This document shows, one piece after another, positions 26,971 through 35,012 of a stretch of DNA of 64,000 bases. The notes beneath the pieces were generated by a model, which was not told where the DNA came from, did no database searches, and saw only the letters and a list, made by a program, of their open reading frames with translations. Origin of the DNA: Gemmatimonas sp. (GTDB lineage Bacteria > Krumholzibacteriota > Krumholzibacteriia > LZORAL124-64-63); NCBI GenBank assembly GCA_013824755.1, contig PNOJ01000001.1, positions 14,474-78,473 of the forward strand, given 5' to 3'. The first letter of the stretch is position 1. Every line of letters starts with the position of its first letter. Made by a program: the position numbers and the translations under genes.

Positions 26971-28218
26971 ATGACCACCCCTTCGATCCTGCGCCGCGCC
27001 GTCGGTGTGGCCCTGCTGGCGGCGACCGCGCTGACGCTGGCGTCCTGCAGCGGCAACTCGTCCCCGGGCATCTCCGCGAAAGGCGACCTGTTCGGCAACG
27101 GGCAGAAGGACTCCTCGCCGGTCGTCGCCCGCGTGGGAGGCGTCGAGATCACGCAGAAAGATCTCGACCTCAGGCTGAAGGAGATGCCCGACGACCTCAA
27201 GGCGCAGTACGCCGACCCGGCCGAGCGGCGGCAGCTGTTGCGGCTGGTGGTCGGGGAACTGCTGCTGGCGCAGGGCGCGCTCGCCTCCGACGCGACGAAG
27301 CATCCGGACGTCGTGCAGCAGATGATCTCCCAGCGGCGCACGACCCTGATCAACGCCTTCAAGGAGAAGGTGCTCTGGAAGGACCTGGAGCCGACGCCGG
27401 AACAGATCCAGCAGGAGTACGAACTCAACAAGGCGATCTACTACCAGGTGGCGGCCACGGTGCTGGCCCGCCACATCCAGTGCAACACGAAAGCGGAAGC
27501 CGACGTCGCCTGGGCCCGCCTGCAGGCCGAGGGCAAGGCGCGGGCCTTCCCCTACGTCGTGGCCGAGATGTCGCGCAACCCGCTGTCGATCAAGGAAGAG
27601 GGCCTGCTGGGCTGGTTCAACCGCGGCGGGTACATCGGCGCGCTGTCGTACGGCAAGGAGTTCAGCGAGATCGTCTTCGACTGGGACTTCGGCCTGCACC
27701 CGCCCACGAAGATCGGCAGCCACTGGCACATCGTCGAGATCCTGGAGCGGCAGCCGGCGCGGACCCTCTCGCTCGCCGAGGTGAGGACCCGCATCGTCGA
27801 CCAGCTCATGCCCGGGCTCCAGCAGGCGGCCAGGGACGAGTACCTGGCGAACAGCCTGAAGCAGGCGCCCGTCGAGTATTTCGGCGAGTACCGCCCCGGC
27901 AGCGGCCGCTCCGCCGGGGAGCTGCTGAAGCTCGCCATGCTTGCCGCGAAATTCGAGCGCAAGCTGGATCTCTACGACACGCTGCTCGAGGACTATCCGG
28001 ACAGCAAGGAAGCGCCGATGGCGCTGTTCATGAAGGCCAACCTGTACCTCGACGCCACCGGCGACATGTACCGGTGCCGGCGCTACCTGCAGCAGACGAT
28101 CGACCTATACCCGCAGAGCGAGGTGCGGGAGCAGGCCCAGTTCATGCTGGACAACCTGGGCAAGGTCGACTTCAAGGCGCCGCGCTCCATCCAGGAACTG
28201 AGCACGCAACCCCGCTGA
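26971..28218 (+). CDS. PpiC/parvulin-type foldase lipoprotein with C-terminal TPR-like region
   Basis: Lipobox LASC; VVARVGG.EIT; ARHIQ...GLLGWF...GSHWHIV; LEDYPDS..APMALF and IDLYPQS TPR-like repeats. Confidence 0.8.
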   Translation: MTTPSILRRAVGVALLAATALTLASCSGNSSPGISAKGDLFGNGQKDSSPVVARVGGVEITQKDLDLRLKEMPDDLKAQYADPAERRQLLRLVVGELLLAQGALASDATKHPDVVQQMISQRRTTLINAFKEKVLWKDLEPTPEQIQQEYELNKAIYYQVAATVLARHIQCNTKAEADVAWARLQAEGKARAFPYVVAEMSRNPLSIKEEGLLGWFNRGGYIGALSYGKEFSEIVFDWDFGLHPPTKIGSHWHIVEILERQPARTLSLAEVRTRIVDQLMPGLQQAARDEYLANSLKQAPVEYFGEYRPGSGRSAGELLKLAMLAAKFERKLDLYDTLLEDYPDSKEAPMALFMKANLYLDATGDMYRCRRYLQQTIDLYPQSEVREQAQFMLDNLGKVDFKAPRSIQELSTQPR

Positions 28219-28242
28219 GCGGCGGGCGGCGGACGGTGGACG

Positions 28243-28278
28243 GCGGGGGAGCGTTGCCAGCGCTCCCCCGCTGTGTTA
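28243..28278 (+). terminator. Possible terminator
   Basis: GCGGGGGAGCGTT-gcc-AGCGCTCCCCCGC followed by TGTGTTA. Confidence 0.5.
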
Positions 28279-28349
28279 TGACTGCGCCGCAGCGGCAACG
28301 GCGCCGCGCGCGCGGCGCGGCCGCGGTCCTCGCCGGGAGGCATGTCGTG

Positions 28350-30134
28350 ATGGAGTGCAGTCGTCGCTGGGGTCGGGTCCTGGTCTGGTGCCTGGTGATC
28401 GCGGCGGGCGCCTGCGCCGGCGGTGGCGGCGCCGACCGCACCGGGCGCTCCCTCACGAGCGCCGAGCGCGATCTCGCCGGGCGCCTGTTCGCGCGCCAGC
28501 AGGAGGAGCACGGCCTCGGCAACGACCGCGCCGCGCTTTCGCTGGGGCACGAACTGATCGACCGCTACCAGGGTTTTTCGCGTCTGGACGAAGCGACGCG
28601 GCTGGCCGCCCTGTCCGCGCGCCGCCTGCACGATCCCGGCGCAGCCCTCAAGCTGACGGGCGAATTCCTGGCGTCACACCCCGACGCGCCGGGAGCGGAC
28701 GCGCTCCTGGACCTGCGGGCCGAACTCCTGCTGGAGGCGGGTGACGCCCCCCGCGCCGCCGAAGCCCTCGTCCTGCTCTACGATCGCGCCGACACGGCGT
28801 CCGCCCGCGAGGACGCTGGGTCGCGGCTGACCACCACGGCCGCCGCCCTGCCCGCCGACACCCTCGACGCCCTGCGCGCCGCCCACCCCGGTTCCGGGAC
28901 CCGCCCGCTGCTGGGCTACCTCTGGACCGGCAAGTTGCTGGCCGAACGCCGCGACGGCGAGGCGCGCGACGCCGTGGCCGTCCTGCGCGGCGAAGCCCCC
29001 GCCGACGCCTGGACGGCGAAGGCCGAGGCCCTGCTGGGCGACCCCGAGGCGGCGGTGCTCGCCGAGCGCCCGCTGCGGCCCGGCCCCGCCGGCATCGACC
29101 CGCAGCACGTGGCCGTGCTCTGTCCGTTGACCGGCCGGCACACCGTCCTGGGCAACGCCTACTACGACGGGGTGCGTCTCGCGCGCGACGAGGCGGGACG
29201 GCGCGGCTGGCGCCAGTACACCTTGACCGCACACGACTCGGGGAACGACCCGGTCGCGGCCGCGCTCGCCGCGCGACGGCTGCTGACGGAGAAACCCCCG
29301 ATCGCCCTGATCGGCGCCCTGCTGAGCTCCCCGACGGTGGCCGTGGCGCTGGTCGCCGGGGAAGCCGGATTGCCCCTGATCTCGCCCACGCCCACCGCGT
29401 CCGCGCTCGAGGACCTGGGGCCGTGGGTGTTCGCCACCGGTGACGACGGGGGCGCCGCAGCGCGGCTGGCGGCCCGCTTCGCGGTCGAGTCGCTGCACCT
29501 GCCGCGCGTGGCGGTGCTGTATCCGGACGACCCGGCCGGGCTGCGGCTCTACGAGCTGTTCGCGACCGAGGCGATCGAGCGCGGCGGGACCCTGGTCGCC
29601 GCCGAGGCCATCCCGGCCGCCGCCGCCGACGCCGCGGAACTCGTGCGCGGCCTCGCCGCGACCGGTCCGGAAGCCGTCTACGTGCCCGTGGACCCGTCGC
29701 GGCTGCCGCCCCTCGACGCGCTGGCGGACCTGGCCGCGACCGGTGTCCTGATCCTGGGCCCGCGCAGCTGGAACGCGCCCGCGTCGGCCGACGCACTCGG
29801 GGCCGCGCTGCCGCGACTCGCCTTCCCGGGCGAGGCGAACGACGGCGGAGACGGCTGGCCGGCGCGCTTCGACGCGCTCTGGGATGCGCAGGGGCGGCCG
29901 CAGGAAGCCACGGACGTGGCGCGCCAGGCCTTCCTGGGCGCGATGCTGCTGTTCGACACCCTCGGCGAAAGCGGGGCGACCACCCCGACCGATCTCGCCG
30001 CCGCGCTCCGCGCCCGCCTCACCAGACTGCGCGCCGCCGACTGGACGACCGAAGGACTGCCCGCCGCGATGCGCACCATTCAACACGGCGTGATCGTGCC
30101 CTACCCGACGCCCGACGCTCTCCTGAAGAACTGA
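28350..30134 (+). CDS. LpoA-like lipoprotein (TPR region plus periplasmic-binding-protein type 1 domain)
   Basis: Lipobox AGAC; helical N-terminal half; VAVLCPLTG, ALIGALLS, LISPT, VAVLYPDD..G. Confidence 0.75.
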   Translation: MECSRRWGRVLVWCLVIAAGACAGGGGADRTGRSLTSAERDLAGRLFARQQEEHGLGNDRAALSLGHELIDRYQGFSRLDEATRLAALSARRLHDPGAALKLTGEFLASHPDAPGADALLDLRAELLLEAGDAPRAAEALVLLYDRADTASAREDAGSRLTTTAAALPADTLDALRAAHPGSGTRPLLGYLWTGKLLAERRDGEARDAVAVLRGEAPADAWTAKAEALLGDPEAAVLAERPLRPGPAGIDPQHVAVLCPLTGRHTVLGNAYYDGVRLARDEAGRRGWRQYTLTAHDSGNDPVAAALAARRLLTEKPPIALIGALLSSPTVAVALVAGEAGLPLISPTPTASALEDLGPWVFATGDDGGAAARLAARFAVESLHLPRVAVLYPDDPAGLRLYELFATEAIERGGTLVAAEAIPAAAADAAELVRGLAATGPEAVYVPVDPSRLPPLDALADLAATGVLILGPRSWNAPASADALGAALPRLAFPGEANDGGDGWPARFDALWDAQGRPQEATDVARQAFLGAMLLFDTLGESGATTPTDLAAALRARLTRLRAADWTTEGLPAAMRTIQHGVIVPYPTPDALLKN

Positions 30135-30136
30135 AC

Positions 30137-30380
30137 GTCGGCTCTGGCCTGAGCATGTCCCTCCCCAGCGCCTTGATGCTGTTCGACTCGGATCCACACA
30201 TGCGGTCGTGAATGGGGTGTCTGCTGGTCTCCTGCGCCAGGAGGGCGCAGGAGACCGGAAGCCAAGCGCGCCGGGCACACGAGGTGCCCGGCGCGCGTCC
30301 CCATTCACGACCGCATGTGTGGATCCGAGTCGCATCACATCAAGCGTTGGGGGAGGGACAAGCTTCGAGCCAGAAGCTAC
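30137..30380. repeat. T-shaped palindromic element (REPIN/MITE-like)
   Basis: Inverted arms of about 80 bp with a 34-bp perfect core (30184-30217 / 30299-30332) enclosing two 13-bp hairpins. Confidence 0.85.
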
Positions 30381-30383
30381 GGC

Positions 30384-31079
30384 TCAGGGAGCAGCGGTTC
30401 GGGGGTTGTGGAAGGTCACGGTCAGGACGTTCCAGAACCCCGCGGGATCCGCGCAGGCGGCGAAGTCCGGGTCGTAGAGCCAGCGGTCGACGGCCCTCAG
30501 CACGACGGCGGCGAACTCCGGACCGGCGTCGGACTCCAGGACGTAGGAGCCCTGCACGGTGCCGTCGGGACCGACGAAAAAGGCCGCCTTGACCGTCAGC
30601 ACCGGCGCCGACCGATCCAGGGGCGAGGCGTCGGCGGGGTAGCGCGGGTAGATCTGCCGCAGCAGGTGGAAGCAGGGGTTGGTCGGCGTGGGCAGGTTCA
30701 GCTCGACGGTGTCGCGCAGGTCGACGATCTCGGCCTCCACGTCGGCGTCGGGAGCGGGCGGGGCCGGCGCGACGGTGACCGGCCGCGTGCCCCGCTCGTC
30801 TGGCTCCACGACGTAGTCCGGGACCGGCGGCGTGGCGAGCCTGGCCAGGCGCGCGGCTTCCTGGTGCGCGGGATCGCTGCCGTCGTCGATCGAGATCTGC
30901 GGCATGATCTTCAGCGGTCCCGGCGCGCCAGCGAAGTCCCAGCGCTCGTGCACCCGTTCCCGGTCCGGCCCGATCAGGACCATCACCAGCAGCACGAGCA
31001 CGGCCGCGACGGCCGCGGCGCCGTAGCGCCGCCGCAGGTCGTGGTCGCGCTCGCGGCGGCGCCGGTCCAGATCGGTCAT
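30384..31079 (-). CDS. TonB-like energy transducer (TM, Pro-rich linker, TonB_C-like domain)
   Basis: N-terminal TM, Pro-rich linker, YPRYP...FFVGPDGTV...VLES...F...AVDRWLY. Confidence 0.7.
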   Translation of the reverse strand: MTDLDRRRRERDHDLRRRYGAAAVAAVLVLLVMVLIGPDRERVHERWDFAGAPGPLKIMPQISIDDGSDPAHQEAARLARLATPPVPDYVVEPDERGTRPVTVAPAPPAPDADVEAEIVDLRDTVELNLPTPTNPCFHLLRQIYPRYPADASPLDRSAPVLTVKAAFFVGPDGTVQGSYVLESDAGPEFAAVVLRAVDRWLYDPDFAACADPAGFWNVLTVTFHNPRTAAP

Positions 31080-33403
31080 CGCGACGACCCGGACCAGAGC
31101 GACCGCACGCTCGGCACGCCGGCCGTGTCGGCGCCCGCGACCAGGAACTCCCAGCCGCCGCCGCCGTGCACCTCGAAGGTGTGGTCGGGACCCGGCAGCG
31201 GCAGGCGCGCGGGCGGGTCGCCCGCCGCGGGCGGCAACCAGAGCCAGTTGCCGTCGATGCGCATCCAGGCCGCACCATCCGCGAGGCGCGCCGCCGACGG
31301 GTGGCCGCGCAGCAGATCGCGCGGGTCCTTCACGTCGGCGAGCAGTTCGTCGCCGGCGAACCAGGCGGCGACGGCGTCGAACACCGACGCGGCGGCGGAC
31401 GCCTGGCGGGCGGGCGCGCGCCAGCGCTCCTCGTCGGCGATCGTCGCCGGCAGGGGCAGCGACACCTCCACGGCGGGGCAGGCGGTCTGCCGCAGCAGGT
31501 AGCCGTAGGACTCGGCGATCGTCGCGGGAAGGGCGACGTCCGGCGCGGTCAGCGTCGCCTGCAACAGGCGCGCGGCGCGGACGCCGCCGATGCTGCCGGG
31601 ATGGTGGGTGAGGCTCCAGCCGCCGTCGGGGGAGCGGCGCAGGGTCAGGAACAGCTCGGCGTCCAGCGCGTTCGCCTGCAGGATCTTCGCCTCCGGCGGC
31701 ACCCACCCCTCGCCGCGGCGGGTCAGGTGCGCCTCGGCGCCGGCGCCGCGCAGCAGGTCGGCCAATCGTTCCGCCACGGCCAGGTTCAGTTCCCGGCCCG
31801 TCGTGCCCAGGGGGCCCTGGCCGTCGGGCTCCGCCGCGTCGCCGTGCGGATCGATCAGGACCCGGCGGCCCGCGAGCGCGGGGAGCAAGGGCCGCCAGCG
31901 CAGCGTGTCCGGCGGGGGCGCGTGCGGCGGTTGCCAGGGCGTGCAGTGCCCCGCGTCCAGCAGCAGGGGCAGGCAGCCGGGCCTCTCCAGCCAGGCCGGT
32001 TCGCCGGCGGCGACGGGGAAGGCGGGGGCGCGGCGGTCCACGACGAAGGTGTCGTCGCGGCGTTCGTCCAGCGCGATGCCGGGCAGCAGGCGGGCGGTCC
32101 AGCCGCCGTCGCCGGTCCAGATCCAGCGCGCGCCCGGCGGCAGCGCGCGCGGCGCCGCGGCGCCGCCGATCGGCAGGGCGGCGGCGGGGCGCAGCAGCCA
32201 ACCTTCCGACGCGCCGAGGGGGGACAGGGGAGGGGCGCCGGCGGCGCTGTCCGCGGCGTCGATCCAGGCCGGCGCGCGCAGCGGCGCGGGCGCGCCGCGG
32301 TCCAGGGCGCGCCAGTGGAGCAGGGCGCGGGGGGCGTCGACCGACTGCTCCGTGGTGGCGTCATGCTCGATCCGACGCTGCGTGGTGCGGCGGCGCAGCA
32401 CGAAGGTCAGGTCGGCGCAGCGGCCGGCGAGGTTGCGGGCGCGCAGGTCGCAGCGGAAGTCGCCGTCGGCCAGGGGGCGGTCGGGGCGCCAGACCAGGAC
32501 GTCGCCGGCCGGAGCCAGGGACGTCGCGGCCGCGACCCCGTCGACCAGCAGCGTGACCGACGCCGGGTCGAGCGGCGGCGCGTCGTCGGGGGCGACGCGG
32601 TCGGCCGTGAAGCGCCAGGCGACGTGTTCGCAGGTCCGCAGGGTGGTGTCGCTGACCACCGTCCAGAACGGCACGCCGCCGGCGAAGTAGTCGCACAGCC
32701 CTTCGTAGTAGGCCTCGGCCTCCAGCTGGCGGAAGCGGGGCTGGGCCAGCTTCGCCTCGACGCCGGGGTGCGACAGCATCGAGGGTTCGCCCAGGACCGC
32801 GGGCGCGGTCGCCGCGCGCAGGACGTGGAAGTTGCCGGCCATGATCCGCGCGGAGCCGATCCCCAACCGGAGCACCAGGCGCTTGTGGACGGCGCGGGCC
32901 AGGTCCAGATCGGTGCCCGTGCGCCCGGCCGGGTGGTAGGTCTGCGTCTCGTTGAGGGTGCGGTCGAGCTGCGCGTTGCTGTTGTGGTGCAGCGAGACGA
33001 AGACGTCGGGGCGCAGCGCCGCGCAGAGCGCCGCGCGCGCGGCGAGGTCGGCGTTGACCGTGGAGTCCGCGGGGGTGAGCAGGTCGACGTCGGCGGTGCG
33101 GGTCATGGCGACGTCGGCCCCTGCGGCCGACAGCAGGTCCCGCAGGCGCAGGGCGACGTCCAGGTTGACCGTCGCCTCCTCGAGGCCGTCGCGGCCGACC
33201 ACGCCGCGGAACGCGCCGCCGTGGCCGGGGTCGAGCAGGACGAGTCGCCCCCGCAGCGGCGCGTCGTCCGCGACGGTGACGGGCCGGGCGGGCTCCGGGT
33301 AGCCCGTGTTCGCGGGCGGAGCCGTCCGGCGGGGTGCGCAGGAACCCAGCAAGGCGGCGGCGATCAGGGCGACCCACGGGGCCGGCCGGCGCGGAACGGT
33401 CAT
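31076..33403 (-). CDS. N-acetylmuramoyl-L-alanine amidase lipoprotein with two Amidase_3-like domains
   Basis: Lipobox LGSC; LDPGHGG..E..VNL, SLHHNS, PAVLGE; second domain IDPHGD...PAVEVS. Confidence 0.85.
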   Translation of the reverse strand: MTVPRRPAPWVALIAAALLGSCAPRRTAPPANTGYPEPARPVTVADDAPLRGRLVLLDPGHGGAFRGVVGRDGLEEATVNLDVALRLRDLLSAAGADVAMTRTADVDLLTPADSTVNADLAARAALCAALRPDVFVSLHHNSNAQLDRTLNETQTYHPAGRTGTDLDLARAVHKRLVLRLGIGSARIMAGNFHVLRAATAPAVLGEPSMLSHPGVEAKLAQPRFRQLEAEAYYEGLCDYFAGGVPFWTVVSDTTLRTCEHVAWRFTADRVAPDDAPPLDPASVTLLVDGVAAATSLAPAGDVLVWRPDRPLADGDFRCDLRARNLAGRCADLTFVLRRRTTQRRIEHDATTEQSVDAPRALLHWRALDRGAPAPLRAPAWIDAADSAAGAPPLSPLGASEGWLLRPAAALPIGGAAAPRALPPGARWIWTGDGGWTARLLPGIALDERRDDTFVVDRRAPAFPVAAGEPAWLERPGCLPLLLDAGHCTPWQPPHAPPPDTLRWRPLLPALAGRRVLIDPHGDAAEPDGQGPLGTTGRELNLAVAERLADLLRGAGAEAHLTRRGEGWVPPEAKILQANALDAELFLTLRRSPDGGWSLTHHPGSIGGVRAARLLQATLTAPDVALPATIAESYGYLLRQTACPAVEVSLPLPATIADEERWRAPARQASAAASVFDAVAAWFAGDELLADVKDPRDLLRGHPSAARLADGAAWMRIDGNWLWLPPAAGDPPARLPLPGPDHTFEVHGGGGWEFLVAGADTAGVPSVRSLWSGSSR

Positions 33404-33584
33404 CGGAACCCTCCTCGGTGCATCGGTGAGGGTAAGGGCGGCGCGTCCGGGTGTCCAGCCGCGGTCGGGTCGACGGCCGCGGCTGGACACCGGGTGGGGC
33501 GTCTGGTATTTTGGACGGCCAGCGAACGCCGGCCGTCCCATCGGGCCGGCGTGATCGTCGTGTGCGGCACTGAACGGCAGGTCC

Positions 33585-35012
33585 ATGAGCGAGAACGCGC
33601 TGCGCCAACTCCCCTCGGTCGGTCTGCTCCTGGAGCAGCCCGAGATCGCGGCTCTCGCGCAGGGGGATGCGCGGTCCTGGGTGACCCGGCTCGTGCAGCG
33701 CGTCGTCGAGGCGGAGCGGGCGCGCCTGCGCGCCGCCGACGACGCCACCGACGCCGGTCGCGAGGACCTGACGCGTCGCGCCGTCGCCGCCGTCCGGCTC
33801 GAACACGAACGCATCCTGCGGCCCTCGATGCGCCGCGTGATCAACGCCACGGGCATCCTCGTGCACACGAACCTGGGCCGGTCCCTGCATCCCGAACGCG
33901 CGATCGCCTGGGCCGCCGAGGCGGCGCGGCACAACCTCGACCTCGAGACGGACCTCGACGCCAACCGGCGCGGCCACCGCGGCCGCGGCGTCGAGACGAA
34001 GCTGTCGCTGCTGACCGGCGCCGCCGAGGCGCTGGTCGTCAACAACAACGCGGCCGCCCTGTGGCTGGCGATCCGCGCCTGCGCCGCCGCCAACCGGGTG
34101 GTGCTTTCCCGGGGCGAGATCGTGGCGATCGGCGGCTCGTTCCGGCTGGACGAGATCCTGCGCGAGACCGGCTGCGAACTCGTCGAGGTCGGCACCACCA
34201 ACCGGACCCGCCCGCAGGACTACCGCGAGGCGCTGCGACCCGGCGCGGTGGTGCTGAAGGTCCACCGCAGCAACTTCGTCCAGCAGGGGTTCGTCGAGGA
34301 GGTCCCGCTGCGCGACCTCGCCGACCTGTGCCGCGACGCGGGCCACGTCCTGGTCTACGACGCCGGCAGCGGCCAGCTCGCCGACGTCGCCGGGGCGGGA
34401 CTGGCCGGCCACCGCACGCTGGAGCAGGACCTCGCCGACGGTCCCGATCTGGTGACCTGCAGCGGCGACAAGCTGCTCGGCGGCGTCCAGGCCGGTCTGG
34501 TGCTGGGACGGGCCGACCTCGTCGGCCGCCTGCGCGACCACCCGCTGCGGCGGGCCCTGCGCGTCGACAAGACGACGCTCGCGGCCCTCGACGGCACGCT
34601 GACCCTCTACCTCGAAGGCGCGCACTTGCGGTCGGTGCCCACGCTGGCCTTCCTGTCGCGCACGGAGTCCGAACTGGAACGGATGGCGCACGACCTGCTC
34701 GCCCGGCTCGACGGCGCCGCGCCGGCCGGCTGGCGCGCGGAGGTCGTCGCGGGTCTCGCCCAGGTGGGGGGCGGCTGCTCGGCCGACGCCGCGCTGCCGA
34801 CGCGCCTGGTGCAGTGGCGCGCTCCTCGCGCGGAGATCGAAGCCTGCCACCGGCGTCTGCGCACCGGGGATCCCGCGGTGCTGGCCCGCATCGGGCAGGA
34901 GGGCCTGGCCGTCGACCTGCGGTCGTTGCGCGACGACGACCTGCCGCTGGTCGCCGCGGCCGTGCGCACGGCCTGGGAACACCTGAGCGGGAACCGACGG
35001 GAGGCCACGTGA
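33585..35012 (+). CDS. selA: L-seryl-tRNA(Sec) selenium transferase
   Basis: VINATGILVHTNLGR, VVNNNAAA, EVGTTNRT, SGDKLLGG, RALRVDK. Confidence 0.95.
   Translation: MSENALRQLPSVGLLLEQPEIAALAQGDARSWVTRLVQRVVEAERARLRAADDATDAGREDLTRRAVAAVRLEHERILRPSMRRVINATGILVHTNLGRSLHPERAIAWAAEAARHNLDLETDLDANRRGHRGRGVETKLSLLTGAAEALVVNNNAAALWLAIRACAAANRVVLSRGEIVAIGGSFRLDEILRETGCELVEVGTTNRTRPQDYREALRPGAVVLKVHRSNFVQQGFVEEVPLRDLADLCRDAGHVLVYDAGSGQLADVAGAGLAGHRTLEQDLADGPDLVTCSGDKLLGGVQAGLVLGRADLVGRLRDHPLRRALRVDKTTLAALDGTLTLYLEGAHLRSVPTLAFLSRTESELERMAHDLLARLDGAAPAGWRAEVVAGLAQVGGGCSADAALPTRLVQWRAPRAEIEACHRRLRTGDPAVLARIGQEGLAVDLRSLRDDDLPLVAAAVRTAWEHLSGNRREAT

Noticed and set aside
30019..30592. Small ORFs with duplicated MCGSES / PHSRPHVWIRV peptides
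   Set aside because: By-products of the DNA inverted repeat; no RBS or coding signal
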